Positions 38,208-50,826 of a stretch of DNA of 52,939 nt are shown here, in pieces (the first letter of the stretch is position 1; each line of letters opens with the position of its first letter). The translations under genes and the position numbers were made by a program. The stretch comes from Macrostomum lignano (lineage: Eukaryota), in contig NIVC01004255.1 in assembly GCA_002269645.1 (NCBI GenBank), positions 1-52,939 on the forward strand, in the 5' to 3' direction. The notes beneath the pieces are model-generated. The model made no database searches and was not told the origin of the DNA. It worked only from the letters and a program-made list of their open reading frames with translations.

Positions 38208-38720
38208 GAATCTCATCCCGAGAGAATCTTGGCCCTGAGAAGAATCTCATCCCGAGAGAGTCTTGGCCCTGATTGAGAGAGTCTTGGCCCTGATTGAGAG
38301 AGTCTTGGCCCTGAGAATCTCATCCTGAGAGAGTCTTGGCCCTGAGAAGAATCTCATCCCGAGAGAGTCTTGGCCCTGATTGAGAGAGTCTTGGCCCTGG
38401 TTGAGAGAGTCTTGGCCCTGAGAATCTCATCCTGAGAAAGTCTTGGCCCTGAGAATCTCATCCTGAGAGTCTTGGCCCTGATTGAAAGAGTTTTGGCCCT
38501 GCGAATCTCATACAAAGAGAGTCTTGGCGCTGAGAATCACATCCCGAGAGAGTCTTGGCCCTGAGAATCTCATCCCGAGAGAGTCCTGGCCCTGCGAATC
38601 TCATACTAAGAAAGTCTTGGCCCTGAAAATCTCATCCTGAGAGTCTTGGCCCTGAGAATCTCACCCCGAGAGAGTCAGAGTCACCGACTGCCCTGAGAAT
38701 CTTAACCGAGAGAATCTCGC
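38208..38720. repeat. 31/21-bp composite minisatellite in intron 4
   Basis: Units TGAGAATCTCATCCCGAGAGAGTCTTGGCCC and TGATTGAGAGAGTCTTGGCCC. Confidence 0.92.
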
Positions 38721-38805
38721 TCATGAAAATCCTGCTCATTGAGAATGCTACAGAATCTCTCTATTAATAACCCTGAAATATGTGTCATTCTGTTTCCTCT
38801 TCCAG

Positions 38806-39014
38806 CCAACGGAACTATCACACCTGCATCAGACATCTGCAGACAAGCTTCTCCGGCAAGCCTTGTAGATTACAACTGCCGAAGGGATTCGACCTTAATT
38901 ATCCTGAGTTGCGTAGCCGGAGGCCTAATCCTTGGGTTGTTAGCTCTCTATAGCATTCTGACGATCTTTTATAACAACAGGCGCCCGCAGTACGACGATG
39001 ATTTTATGGACTAA
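38806..39014 (+). CDS. Type-I membrane protein, exon 5 (TM helix and short tail); full protein 225 aa
   Basis: Phase-1 acceptor TGTTTCCTCTTCCAG|CC. TM segment LIILSCVAGGLILGLLALYSILTIFY followed by NNRR (positive-inside) and tail PQYDDDFMD. Stop TAA. The five exons sum to 678 nt with all phases compatible. Confidence 0.75.
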
Positions 39015-39077
39015 TCGATGCTTAACTGCAATTGGAGCTTTTATATACGACCAAACTTCTCAGTAATATTGACATTG

Positions 39078-39668
39078 TCTAGAGACACTGACTACCTTCT
39101 AGAGACACTGACTACATTCTAGAGACACTGACATGCTTCTAGAGATACTGACATGCTTCTAGAGACACTGAATACCTTCTAGAGACACTGACTACATTCT
39201 AGAGACACTGACATGCTTCTAGAGATACTGACATGCTTCTAGAGACACTGAATACCTTCTAGAGACACTGACTACCTTCTAGAGACACTGGCTACCTTCT
39301 AGAGACACTGACTACCTTCTAGAGACACTGACTGCCTTCTAGAGACACTGACTACCTTCTAGAGACACTGACTGCCTTCTAGAGACACTGACATGCTTCT
39401 AGAGATACTGACATGCTTCTAGAGACACTGACTGCCTTCTAGAGACACTGACTACCTTAAAGAGACACTGACTACCTTCTAGAGACACTGACTACCTTCT
39501 AGAGACACTGACATGCTTCTGGAGACACTGACTACTTTCTAGAGACACAGACTACCTTCTAGAGACACTGAAACGCCTCTAGAGACACTGACCACCTCTA
39601 GAGACACTGACCACCACTAGAGACACTGACCACCACTAGAGACACTGACCACCACTAGAGACACTGAC
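39078..39668. repeat. 20-bp minisatellite (CTAGAGACACTGACTACCTT), same core as the 37.1-37.8 kb array
   Basis: Direct observation. Confidence 0.95.
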
Positions 39669-40119
39669 ACCACCCTCCCTCTATCGCCCTTGAACTCCTT
39701 TTAAGACATAACATTTGCTTTTATCATATTAGCAATCATTACCTGTATTGCAACTGTGAGCATTTTTCAAATCATTTAGTTTAGTATTCAAATAGTTCTA
39801 CATTTTATCGTATTGGTAGAATTTGTCTACCAGTTTTGTCTTTTTTTGTACAATGTAGACACCGAAAAATCGAACGAAATTTGAGTATATTTATCGTATT
39901 TTTAGGTTCTACTAATAGTATTACTATATGCGAAGTTCTTCCATGTTTTGTCCTGTGAAAATTATAAGAGCTTTTTGAATTATAATAAAATTCAAAAATG
40001 ATTATAATACAACAATTTATTATTCAGTAAAAAGCCGCCCTAAGGCATCACCTATTAATAAGCAGAATCCACGCTGTGATGTTCGAAAATGTTCCAACTT
40101 TAACTCCTTCAATCTCAGT

Positions 40120-42005
40120 TCTTAGAATCTCACGCCATAGAATCTCACCCTGACCCTTTAGAATCCTACCCTTAGAATTTCATCTATTAGAATCTCACTC
40201 ATAGGAAGTTCACCCCTCAGAAACTCACCCCTTAAAATCTCAACCCCTTGGAATCTCACCCCTTAGAATTTCACGCCTCAGAACTCACCCTTTAAAATCT
40301 CAACCCCTTAGAGTCTCGACACTCTTAGATTCTCACCCCTTAGAATCTCACCCCCTTAGAATCTCAACCCCTTGAAATCTTACCCCTTAGAATCTCACCC
40401 CCTTAGAATCTCAACCCATTGAAATCTTACCCCTTAGAATCTCACCCCTTAGAATCTCACCCCTTAGAATCTCACCCCTTAGAATCTCGCCCCTTAGAAT
40501 CTCACCCCTAAGAATCTCACCCCTTAGAATCTCACCTTTTAAAATCTCAACCCCTTAGAGTCTCGACACTCTTAGAATCTCACCCCTTAGAATCTAACCC
40601 CTTTTAGAATCTCAACCCCTTGAAATCTCACCCCTTAGAATCTCACCCCTTAGAATCTCACCTTTCAGAAGCTTACCCATAAGAATCTCACCCTTTAGAA
40701 CTCATCCCTTAGAATCTCCACACCTTAAAATCTCAACACTCTTTGAATCTCACCCCTTAGAATCTTACCTCTTAGAATATCACCCCTAAGAAATTCACCC
40801 CCTCCCAAACTCACCCCTTAGAATCTCACCCCTTAGAATCTCAACCCCTTAGAGTCTCAATACTCTTATAATCTCAGCCCTTAGAATCTCACCTCTTAGA
40901 ATCTCAGCCCTTAGAATCCCACCCCTTAGAATCTTACCCCTTAGAATCTCACCCCTTAGAATCCCACCCCTTAGAATCTCGCCCCTTTAGAATCTCATCC
41001 TCTAGAATCTCACCCCTTAGAATCTCAACCCCTTAGAGTCTCAACACTCTTAGAATCTCACCCCTTAGAATCTTACCCCTTAGAATATCACCCCTAAGAA
41101 ATTCACCCCTCCCAAACTCACCCCTTAGAATCTCACCCCTTAGAATCTCAACCCCTTAGAGTCTCAACACTCTTATAATCTCACCCCTTAGAATCTCGCC
41201 CCTTTAGAATCTCATCCTCTAGAATCTCACCCCTTAGAATCTCGCCCCTTTAGAATCTCATCCTCTAGAATCTCAACCCCTTAGAGTCTCAACACTCTTA
41301 TAATCTCAGCCCTTAGAATCTCACCCCTTAGAATCCCACCCGTTAGAATCTCGCCCCTTTAGAATCTCATCCTCTAGAATCTCACCCCTTAGAATCTCAA
41401 CCCCTTAGAGTCTCAACACTCTTATAATCTCAGCCCTTAGAATCTCACCCCTTAGAATCCCACCCCTTAGAATCTCGCCCCTTTAGAATCTCATCCTCTA
41501 GAATCTCACCCCTTAGAATCTTGCCCCTTTAGAATCTCATCTTCTAGAATCTCACCCCTTAGAATCTCAACCCCTTAGAGTCTCAACACTCTTAGAATCT
41601 CAGCCCTTAGAATCTCACCCCTTAGAATCCCACCCCTTAGAATCTCGCCCCTTTAGAATCTCACCCCCTTAGAATCTCAACCCCTTGAAATCTTACCCCT
41701 TAGAATCTCGCCCCTTTAGAATCTCATTCTCTAGAATCTCACCCCTTAGAATCTCACCCTTTAGAATCTCACCCTTTATAATCTCATCCCTCAGAATCTC
41801 ACCCTTTAGAATCTTACCCTTTATAATCTCATCCCTCAGAATCTCATCCCTAGAATCTCACACCTTAGAATCTCACACCTTAGAATCTCACCCCTTAGAA
41901 TCTCACCCCTTAGAATCTCACCCCTTAGAATCTCACACCTCAGAAATTTACCCTTTAGAATCTAAAACTCTTAGAATCTCACTACTTAGAATCTCACCCA
42001 TTAGG
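40120..42005. repeat. 15-bp minisatellite (TTAGAATCTCACCCC) with a ~124-bp higher-order period
   Basis: Marker variant TTAGAGTCTCAACACTC recurs at 41033, 41156, 41281 and 41405. Confidence 0.95.
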
Positions 42006-42759
42006 ATCTCAATCCTTTTAAGTGTTTTAAACATTCCAACTCACTCTCGGATATGAAACGGGTATTGAATCTCAAACTAAATGATTAATGTTCATTTGCT
42101 GTCCAAACTGTTCTTTGTCAACCCACTGGCTTTGAACTCAAACAGCACAAAGCACCTGTGACCAAGTCAGCAAAAATAATAATTATACGAAATGTTATCG
42201 CTTTCTTTCCCTTTTTGCTTTTGCCCGAGAATCCGATTTTGCATGCGTTTAATTAGAACAAAAATGCGCTGTTCCGTCCCCGCCCCTCAGCTCTCTCTAG
42301 CAAACAGAACCCACCATATGGGAGTGGGGCGGCGTCCCCAGCTGACCTTCGACGTGTCGCCTTGCCGAGAAACTAATTGAATTGGAACTGCCGGGGACAG
42401 CTCGAAGCTCGTCGGATAAGATCGAAGCGGGAAAAATTGGATAATTCCTCCATGCTGCTCTGTTGGCGGCCTGTGCTTTGTTGGTGTTTCTTAGAAATAC
42501 ATGTGCCGCCTCTTCTGGCAGCCAGAGCTGGATGTTCTTTTTGCCTTTCCTTGTGCTTTCTTGTGATAAACGAAAAAGGTCGTGCAGTTGCTTCAATATA
42601 ATTTCTGCATTTTTCTGTTGCATTTTTAAATGTTTTCTACCGATTTTTGCGGGCCACAATATCCTAATGACAGCCATACTCTGTACTTTTCACTCTTTAT
42701 TAACTTCATTCACTTTTCTGTTCATTCCTCCGTCGGTCACCTTATGGCTGACTCCGTCG

Positions 42760-43680
42760 GTAAATCTACTATTCACTCGGTCAGTCACTCTATTATTCAC
42801 TCGGTCAGTCACTCTACTATTCACTACGGCAGTCACTCTACTATTCACTACGGCAGTCACTCTACTATTCACTCCGTCAGTCACTCTACTATTCACTACG
42901 GCAGTCACTCTATTATTCACTACGGCAGTCACTCTACTATTCACTACGGCAGTCACTCTACTATTCACTCCGTCAGTCACTCTACTATTCACTCGGTCAG
43001 TCACTCTACTATTCACTACGGCAGACACTCTATTATTCAATCGGTCAGTCACTCTACTATTCACTCCGTCAGTCACTCTACTATTCACTACGGCAGTCAC
43101 TCTATTATTCACTACGGCAGTCACTCTACTATTCACTCCGTCAGTCACTCTACTATTCACTCCGTCAGTCACTCTACTATTCACTCCGTCAGTCACTCTA
43201 CTATTCACTCCGTCAGTCACTCTACTATTCACTCCGTCGGTAAATCTACTATTCTCTCCGTCAGTCACTCTACTATTCACTCGGTCAGTCACTCTACTAT
43301 TCACTACGGCAGACACTCTATTATTCAATCGGTCAGTCACTCTACTATTCACTCCGTCAGTCACTCTACTATTCACTACGGCAGTCACTCTATTATTCAC
43401 TACGGCAGTCACTCTACTATTCACTACGGCAGTCACTCTACTATTCACTCCGTCAGTCACTCTACTATTCACTCCGTCAGTCACTCTACTATTCACTCCG
43501 TCAGTCACTCTACTATTCAGTACGGCAGTCACTCTACTATTCAGTACGGCAGTCACTCTACTATTCAGTACGGCAGTCACTCTTCTATTCACTCCGGCAG
43601 TCACTCTACTATTCACTACGACAGTCACTCTACTTTTCACTTCGGCAGTCACTCTACGATTCACTCCGGCAGTCACTCGC
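42760..43680. repeat. 24-bp minisatellite, ~38 copies
   Basis: Unit GTCAGTCACTCTACTATTCACTCC; source of the 8-aa periodic ORFs. Confidence 0.97.
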
Positions 43681-43714
43681 ATATTTACACAATCACTGTA
43701 CTTCTCACATTTCA

Positions 43715-43902
43715 TCAACCACTGTAGCAATCTTTCACTCTCAAAAAAACTATACAAATAAAGCCATTGAACCCCAAAAGTAAAAAGGTTTTGTGCATCG
43801 GAAACATTTCTTGGGAGTTCTTTGACGATTTTCTTCTGTTGGGCGGCGTGGCAGATCCGACTGGGATGGCGGGGTAGATGGGGTCGTGCTTATTGGCAAC
43901 AG
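43715..43902 (-). CDS. Candidate exon of an unidentified minus-strand gene
   Basis: Strong acceptor CTTTCTTACTTGCTTTCAG|CTG; the phase-1 frame AVANKHDPIYPAIPVGSATPP... is open to a stop at 43715. No recognisable domain. Confidence 0.25.
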
Positions 43903-44131
43903 CTGAAAGCAAGTAAGAAAGTCAGTCAGTCAGAGGCGTAGACAGTTAAAAAGACCAAGATATCGGGATCTTAGGAGCTTTAAAAGGAATTAGCATCAGG
44001 TGACAGTTGGGGTTGGGAAAACGAAGCGATAAAAAGGAGAGGAAGCGGTCGAGAATTACTAAAAACTATCTGGATAGGAACTGAGCTTGCTAGTAAATAA
44101 GGAAGTTTCTTTAATCAATGCTTGAGCGGAC

Positions 44132-44303
44132 CATAGACTACAGAAACGTATTTGCATTTATTACCCTGTACTTGCGCCCGGCCACAGACTACAGAAACGT
44201 ATTTGCATTTATTACCCTGTACTTTTGCCCGGCCATAGACTACAGAAACGTATTTGTATTGATTAGCCTGCACTTGTGCCCGGCCACAGGCTGCAGAAAC
44301 GTA
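44132..44303. repeat. 51-bp tandem repeat, ~3.4 diverged copies
   Basis: CATAGACTACAGAAACGTATTTGCATTTATTACCCTGTACTTGCGCCCGGC repeated. Confidence 0.9.
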
Positions 44304-44706
44304 TTTCTTTGTTTTAAGTTTAAAAAATTTAGTTTTAAAAGGAGAAAATATCCAATCCAGATTCTCCTTGCTTTAAAACACCATAGGACGAGCCTTTTAG
44401 GATCAGAGAAGCGGAAGACGGGACCGAAAGGCTTAAACCCGCGAACAGCTTCCAGAAAGCAGCTGGGATGCCTCATCAGCATCAGAAATCGATTGGCTGG
44501 GTGGGTGGGAAGCCAGGGGGCTGCCTAGCAATATGGAATAGAGACATAAAAGATAAGCTTGGCGCATATGCTCGGAGAAAATAGCAAATAGAAATAGCAG
44601 ACGCGAACCAACTGCTGGCATTTGCTTTTTAGATGCAGCCTTAGCCGCCCATATTTTTGGCTAGATTTTTTTGAAAATTAGATTTTTTAGATTCGTCTGC
44701 TAGAGT

Positions 44707-44896
44707 CAGTGGCGCAACCAGGGGGGGGCGGGGGGGCGGTCGCCCCCCCCTTAGGCGGGGGACCGAAAAAAAATCAAAGGGGGGGACCAAGCGAATTTTC
44801 GCCAAAAACAGAGCCACCCCTCCGCCGCCCCCCCCTCCCGGGACTTTACCCTCAGAATCCGCCTCCCCCCTTGAAAAATTTCTGGTTGCGCTACTG
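44707..44896. mobile_element. hAT-type MITE (190 bp)
   Basis: 15-bp TIR CAGTGGCGCAACCAG / CTGGTTGCGCTACTG (1 mismatch). Perfect 8-bp TSD GCTAGAGT (44699-44706 and 44897-44904). G/C-run-rich interior. Confidence 0.92.
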
Positions 44897-45054
44897 GCTA
44901 GAGTTAGAGGGGACACAGTTCTTGGCAATTCTCTGTCCTGGTGAACTCGTTTGGCTGAAAGTACACAACTAGAAAGGAAGAAAGTTGAAAGTACTAAATG
45001 TACTTAAAAATATGAGACAGCGTTGACAGTTTGAGTAGAGAGTGGGGGAGAGGA

Positions 45055-46740
45055 GAAGATGTAAGAGAGTAGAGAGCGTAAGAGAATAAAGAGCGGGGAG
45101 AGTAGAGAGCAGGGAGAATAAACAGAGGAGAGAGTAGGCAGTGGAGAGAGTAGGCAGAGGAGAGAGTAGGCAGAGGAGAGAGTAGGCAGAGGAGAGAGTA
45201 GGCAGAGGAGAGAGTAGGCAGAGGAGAGAGTAGGCAGTGGAGAGAGTAGGCAGAGGAGAGAGTAGGCAGAGGAGAGAGTAGGCAGAGGAGAGAGTAGGCA
45301 GAGGAGAGAGTAGGCAGAGGAGAGAGTAGGCAGAGGAGAGAGTAGGCAGAGGAGAGAGTAGACAGAGGAGAGAGTAGGCAGAGGAGAGAGTAGGCAGTGG
45401 AGAGAGTAGGCAGAGGAGAGAGTAGGCAGTGGAGAGAGTAGGCAGTGGAGAGAGTAGGCAGTGGAGAGAGTAGGCAGAGGAGAGAGTAGGCACTGGAGAG
45501 AGTAGGCAGTGGAGAGAGTAGGCAGTGGAGAGAGTAGGCAGTGGAGAGAGTAGGCAGAGGAGAGAGTAGGCAGAGGAGAGAGTAGGCAGTGGAGAGAGTA
45601 GGCAGTGGAGAGAGTAGGCAGTGGAGAGAGTAGGCACTGGAGAGAGTAGAGAGCGGGGAGAATAAACAGAGGAGAGAGTAGGCAGAGGAGAGAGTAGGCA
45701 GAGGAGAGAGTAAGCAGAAGAGAGAGTAAGCAGAGGAGAGAGTAGGCAGAGGAGAGAGTAAGCAGAAGAGAAAGTAGGCAGAGGAGAGAGTAGGCAGTGG
45801 AGAGAGTAGGCAGAAGAGAGAGTAAGCAGAAGAGAGAGTAAGCAGAGGAGAGAGTAGGCAGAGGAGAGAGTAGGCAGAGGAGAGAGTAGGCAGTGGAGAG
45901 AGTAGGCAGTGGAGAGAGTAGGCAGAGGAGAGAGTAGGCAGAGGAGAGAGTAGGCAGTGGAGAGAGTAGGCAGTGGAGAGAGTAGGCAGAGGAGAGAGTA
46001 GGCAGAGGAGAGAGTAGGCAGTGGAGAGAGTAGGCAGAGGAGAGAGTAGGCAGAGGAGAGAGTAGGCAGAGGAGAGAGTAGGCAGAGGAGAGAGTAGGCA
46101 GAGGAGAGAGTAGGCAGTGGAGAGAGTAGGCAGAGGAGAGAGTAGGCAGTGGAGAGAGTAGGCAGTGGAGAGAGTAGGCAGTGGAGAGAGTAGGCAGAGG
46201 AGAGAGTAGGCACTGGAGAGAGTAGGCAGTGGAGAGAGTAGGCAGTGGAGAGAGTAGGCAGTGGAGAGAGTAGGCAGAGGAGAGAGTAGGCAGAGGAGAG
46301 AGTAGGCAGTGGAGAGAGTAGGCAGTGGAGAGAGTAGGCAGTGGAGAGAGTAGGCACTGGAGAGAGTAGGCAGAAGAGAGAGTAAGCAGAAGAGAGAGTA
46401 AGCAGAGGAGAGAGTAGGCAGAGGAGAGAGTAGGCAGAGGAGAGAGTAGGCAGTGGAGAGAGTAGGCAGTGGAGAGAGTAGGCAGAGGAGAGAGTAGGCA
46501 GAGGAGAGAGTAGGCAGTGGAGAGAGTAGGCAGTGGAGAGAGTAGGCAGAGGAGAGAGTAGGCAGAGGAGAGAGTAGGCAGAGGAGAGAGTAGGCAGTGG
46601 AGAGAGTAGGCAGGGGAGAGAGTAGGCAGAGGAGAGAGTAGGCAGTGGAGAGAGTAGGCAGGGGAGAGAGTAGGCAGAGGAGAGAGTAGGCAGTGGAGAG
46701 AGTAGAGAGCGGGGAGAGTGGAGAGCGGAGGAGAGCAGAG
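45055..46740. repeat. 16-bp polypurine minisatellite, ~105 copies
   Basis: Unit GCAGAGGAGAGAGTAG (14 of 16 bases purine); variants GTGG/CTGG/GAAG. Confidence 0.98.
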
Positions 46741-47139
46741 AGTGGGAAGCATACAGAGTAGGCTTTTCATCAATCTGTAACACAATACAGCTATAGATAT
46801 GCATCAGTTGTTAAAGCTCGCATCAGTTCAGTGGAAATTTGACGCACTGAATCAATACGATCGGATATGGGATAGGTTAGTTCCGGTTCATTTTCGGAAG
46901 TCTTCGGTTGAAACAATGCTAGACGTCTAAAAAACTGATAGTAACTTTACCCTCAGAATAGTATATATAAGACATATCACATAAGATACATCATGTTGCT
47001 CAGTAGTTAGAGAAATCCCATATCACTTTTCCTCTTGTCTGTCTAATAAGTAATTAAATACTTATCTTACTCTGTCATTGAAATTTAAGAAGTCAATAAT
47101 AAAGTTAAACTGGGTGTTACTTTAAAGATTTAACTAGAT

Positions 47140-48208
47140 AGATCACTCGCTATGGATCACTTGCTATAGATCTGTCGCTATAGATCACTCGCTATAGATC
47201 TGTCGCTATAGATCACTCGCTATAGATCACTCGCTATGGATCACTTGCTATAGATCACTCGCTATAGATCTGTCGCTATAGATCACTCGCTATCGATCAC
47301 TCGCTATAGATCACTCGGTATAGATCACTCGCTATAGATCACTCGCTATAGATCACTCGCTATAGATCTGTCGCTATAGATCACTCGCTATAGATCTGTC
47401 GCTATAGATCACTCGCTATCGATCACTTGCTATAGATCTGTCGCTATAGATCTGTCGCTATAGATCACTCGCTATAGATCACTCGCTATAGATCACTCGC
47501 TATAGATCACTCGCTATAGATCTGTCGCTATAGATCACTCGCTATAGATCACTCGCTATGGATCACTTGCTATAGATCTGTCGCTATAGATCACTCGCTA
47601 TAGATCTGTCGCTATAGATCACTCGCTATCGATCACTCGCTATAGATCACTCGGTATAGATCACTCGCTATAGATCACTCGCTATAGATCACTCGCTATA
47701 GATCTGTCGCTATAGATCACTCGCTATAGATCTGTCGCTATAGATCACTCGCTATCGATCACTTGCTATAGATCTGTCGCTATAGATCTGTCGCTATAGA
47801 TCACTCGCTATAGATCACTCGCTATAGATCACTCGCTATAGATCACTCGCTATAGATCTGTCGCTATAGATCACTCGCTATAGATCACTCGCTATAGATC
47901 TGTCGCTATAGATCACTCGCTATAGATCACTCGCTATGGATCACTTGCTATAGATCTGTCGCTATAGATCACTCGCTATAGATCTGTCGCTATAGATCAC
48001 TCGCTATCGATCACTCGCTATAGATCACTCGGTATAGATCACTCGCTATAGATCACTCGCTATAGATCACTCGCTATAGATCTGTCGCTATAGATCACTC
48101 GCTATAGATCTGTCGCTATAGATCACTCGCTATCGATCACTTGCTATAGATCTGTCGCTATAGATCTGTCGCTATAGATCACTCGCTATAGATCACTCGC
48201 TATAGATC
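47140..48208. repeat. 14-bp minisatellite with higher-order repeats
   Basis: Units CTATAGATCACTCG and CTATAGATCTGTCG. Marker CGGTA at 47316, 47652 and 48030. Confidence 0.97.
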
Positions 48209-48439
48209 CAAGCAATTCCTAATCCATCTGCTAGTTTTACAGCATCACTCTATTAAAAAGCAAGACTCACTTTCTGTTTCCCACCCCCAAGTCTCTCCGC
48301 TAGACAGCAGTGCACTGGCATCCACACCCAATACACCGTACTACCGTACCCCCCGCTCAGTCATACCTGAGGAGGTTTCTTTTAGCAATACTCATCATTT
48401 CACTTTCCCCGCTTGCCTATCAGTTAGGGTTATAATAGG

Positions 48440-48720
48440 CTTTCCGTTTTCTGATTGGTCGCAGTGAAATCTAGGCCAATAGCAGAGCTTTTTGTAGAGA
48501 GGGAGACACAGAAGAGACGCACAGGGAGCAAGAACGTATATCCCTAAAATAGAGGGTTTGGTGGTTGAGACTGACGTATTCCCAGGCCGCGGGAGGACAG
48601 AGCTTAGGGAATTACAGAGGGAGAGAGAAGAGCCTCGACTTGCAAAGTAAAAGTATTCGTGAGCCTTAGCCTAGTTTTTTATTATAAAGCAACTGGTATT
48701 ACGAAGGTGCCACGCCCCTA
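48440..48720. promoter_or_regulatory. Promoter-like segment
   Basis: CTGATTGGTC and GGCCAATAG CCAAT boxes, TGACGT, CCACGCCCC (Sp/KLF-like). A plus-strand donor AAG|GTAAGA follows at 48791. Confidence 0.3.
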
Positions 48721-49337
48721 CACAGCATCTCTATAGGTTAATCAGTATCTCCATTTAAAAAGAGAAGTCACAAAAAACAAGGAGATTAAGGTAAGACTTG
48801 ATTAACCTTTGCTCAATAACGACAAGAACTCGATATGTAACTTTTTCGAATTCTCGAGTCTCGAATATTAGAGAACTTGTAAAAAAAGTCTCAAAGAATT
48901 CTCACACTAGTTCTCAGGTACCTGCTAAGGGGTTGCCTTCAGAAAGAATAGACAGTGTGGCACCTGCCATAATTATGGGTCATAATTTATGCAACTCCCC
49001 TACAAGTCGCCAGCCTGCCTTGGAGCATTTCAATTTAATTTCACTAACACGCAACCAAGGCTGCTTGCGTATGGCACCCCCGCTGGGTTGCGACAAGAAG
49101 ACGATATTTAATCAAATCAAGTGGGATGGGACCAACCGCAGACACTGTCAGACAGACAGGCAGACTGACAGGCAGACAGACAGACAGACAGAATAAGAAA
49201 TTCACCCAACAAGAACCCTTGCAGATTTAAGTTAGTCTCCTATTTCTATTGCAATAAATTTTACTTTTAGTCTCAATAACACTTTTTTATAAAACTAGTC
49301 AGATGACAGATATCCAAAGCAAGGTTTTTCAGTTTTG

Positions 49338-49978
49338 GCATCTCTAACATACTCAGGTACCTTCAGTTCTGACATCTCTAACATACTCAGGTACCTTCAG
49401 TTCTGACATCTCTAACCTGCTCAGGTACCTTCAGTTCTGACATCTCTAACCTGCTCAGGTACCTTCACTTCTGACATCTCTAACCTACTCAGGTACCTTC
49501 AGTTCTGACATCTCTAACCTACTCAGGTACCTTCAGTTCTGACATCTCTAACCTACTCAGGTACCTTCAGTTCTGACATCTCTAACCTACTCAGGTACCT
49601 TCAGTTTTGACATCTCTAACCTGCTCAGGTACCTTCACTTCTGACATCTCTAACCTACTCAGGTACCTTCAGTTCTGACATCTCTAACCTACTCAGGTAC
49701 CTTCAGTCCTGACATCTCTAACCTACTCCGGTACCTTCAGTTCTGACATCTCTAACCTACTCAGGTACCTTCAGTTCTGACATCTCTAACCTACTCAGGT
49801 ACCTTCAGTTCTGACATCTCTAACCTACTCAGGTACCTTCAGTTCTGACATCTCTAACCTGCTCAGGTACCTTCAGTTCTGACATCTCTAACATACTCAG
49901 ATACCTTCAGTTCTGACATCTCTAACATACTCAGGTACCTTCAGTCCTGACATCTCTAACCTACTCCGGTACCTTCAT
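49338..49978. repeat. 34-bp minisatellite, ~19 copies
   Basis: Unit CTCAGGTACCTTCAGTTCTGACATCTCTAACCTA. Confidence 0.97.
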
Positions 49979-50057
49979 TTCGAACTGGGTTTTATCTTAA
50001 TATTAAACTTTCGCTCAACACAGCGGAGAGTATAAGCTGGTTAGGCAGAAGTCTCAC

Positions 50058-50296
50058 CTTCAGGACTCAGTGGCGAATGAAATAAAGCGAGAGTGAAAGA
50101 TTTTGTGCTCGCAGGTCGTCCACTTCCTGTAGAATCATCGGGTCTGCGGGTCTGTTCCGGCATTGCCATCCGCCAATGAATGGCGAAGTTTTGCAACGCC
50201 CGCGAGACGGGGGGAGAAGCGGCTGGGACCCTCTTCAGGGGCTGGGAGGTTGCGTGAGTTCCGCTCTCAACTGTGGCTTGGGCTGGGGTTGCGATT
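50058..50296 (-). CDS. Candidate internal exon (Pro/Ser/Thr-rich) of an unidentified gene
   Basis: Acceptor CCAGTTTCCTATATAG|, strong donor AAG|GTGAGA, only one frame open (IATPAQATVES...SPLSPE). Plus-strand splice-like sites overlap it, so the strand is not certain. Confidence 0.35.
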
Positions 50297-50483
50297 CTAT
50301 ATAGGAAACTGGGCGAGAGTGACTGCCCTGTGGGAGCATTGGGGAGAGGCAGGGGGTATTCTTGTGAATGACAATGGGAGCTTTTAGTACCATAACAATG
50401 CCATGTGGAATAGGGGAGTTGGAAGTGTAGAGTAGAGAAAGGGAAAGGAAGGTTGTGGGACACAGGGAGAAGTAGCCTAGTTA

Positions 50484-50826
<343 letters not shown>

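Noticed and set aside
40120-42005. Telomeric or interstitial telomeric repeat
   Set aside because: CCCTAA/CCCTTAG occur only as isolated words in a 15-bp unit; no (TTAGGG)n run.
42463-43761. Mucin-like 355-432 aa ORFs in three frames
   Set aside because: A 24-bp unit lacks stops in several frames on both strands at once; no signal peptide or splice support.
44969-46804. ~600-aa Leu/Ser-rich ORFs
   Set aside because: A polypyrimidine strand is stop-poor by composition; the 16-bp unit cycles through all frames.
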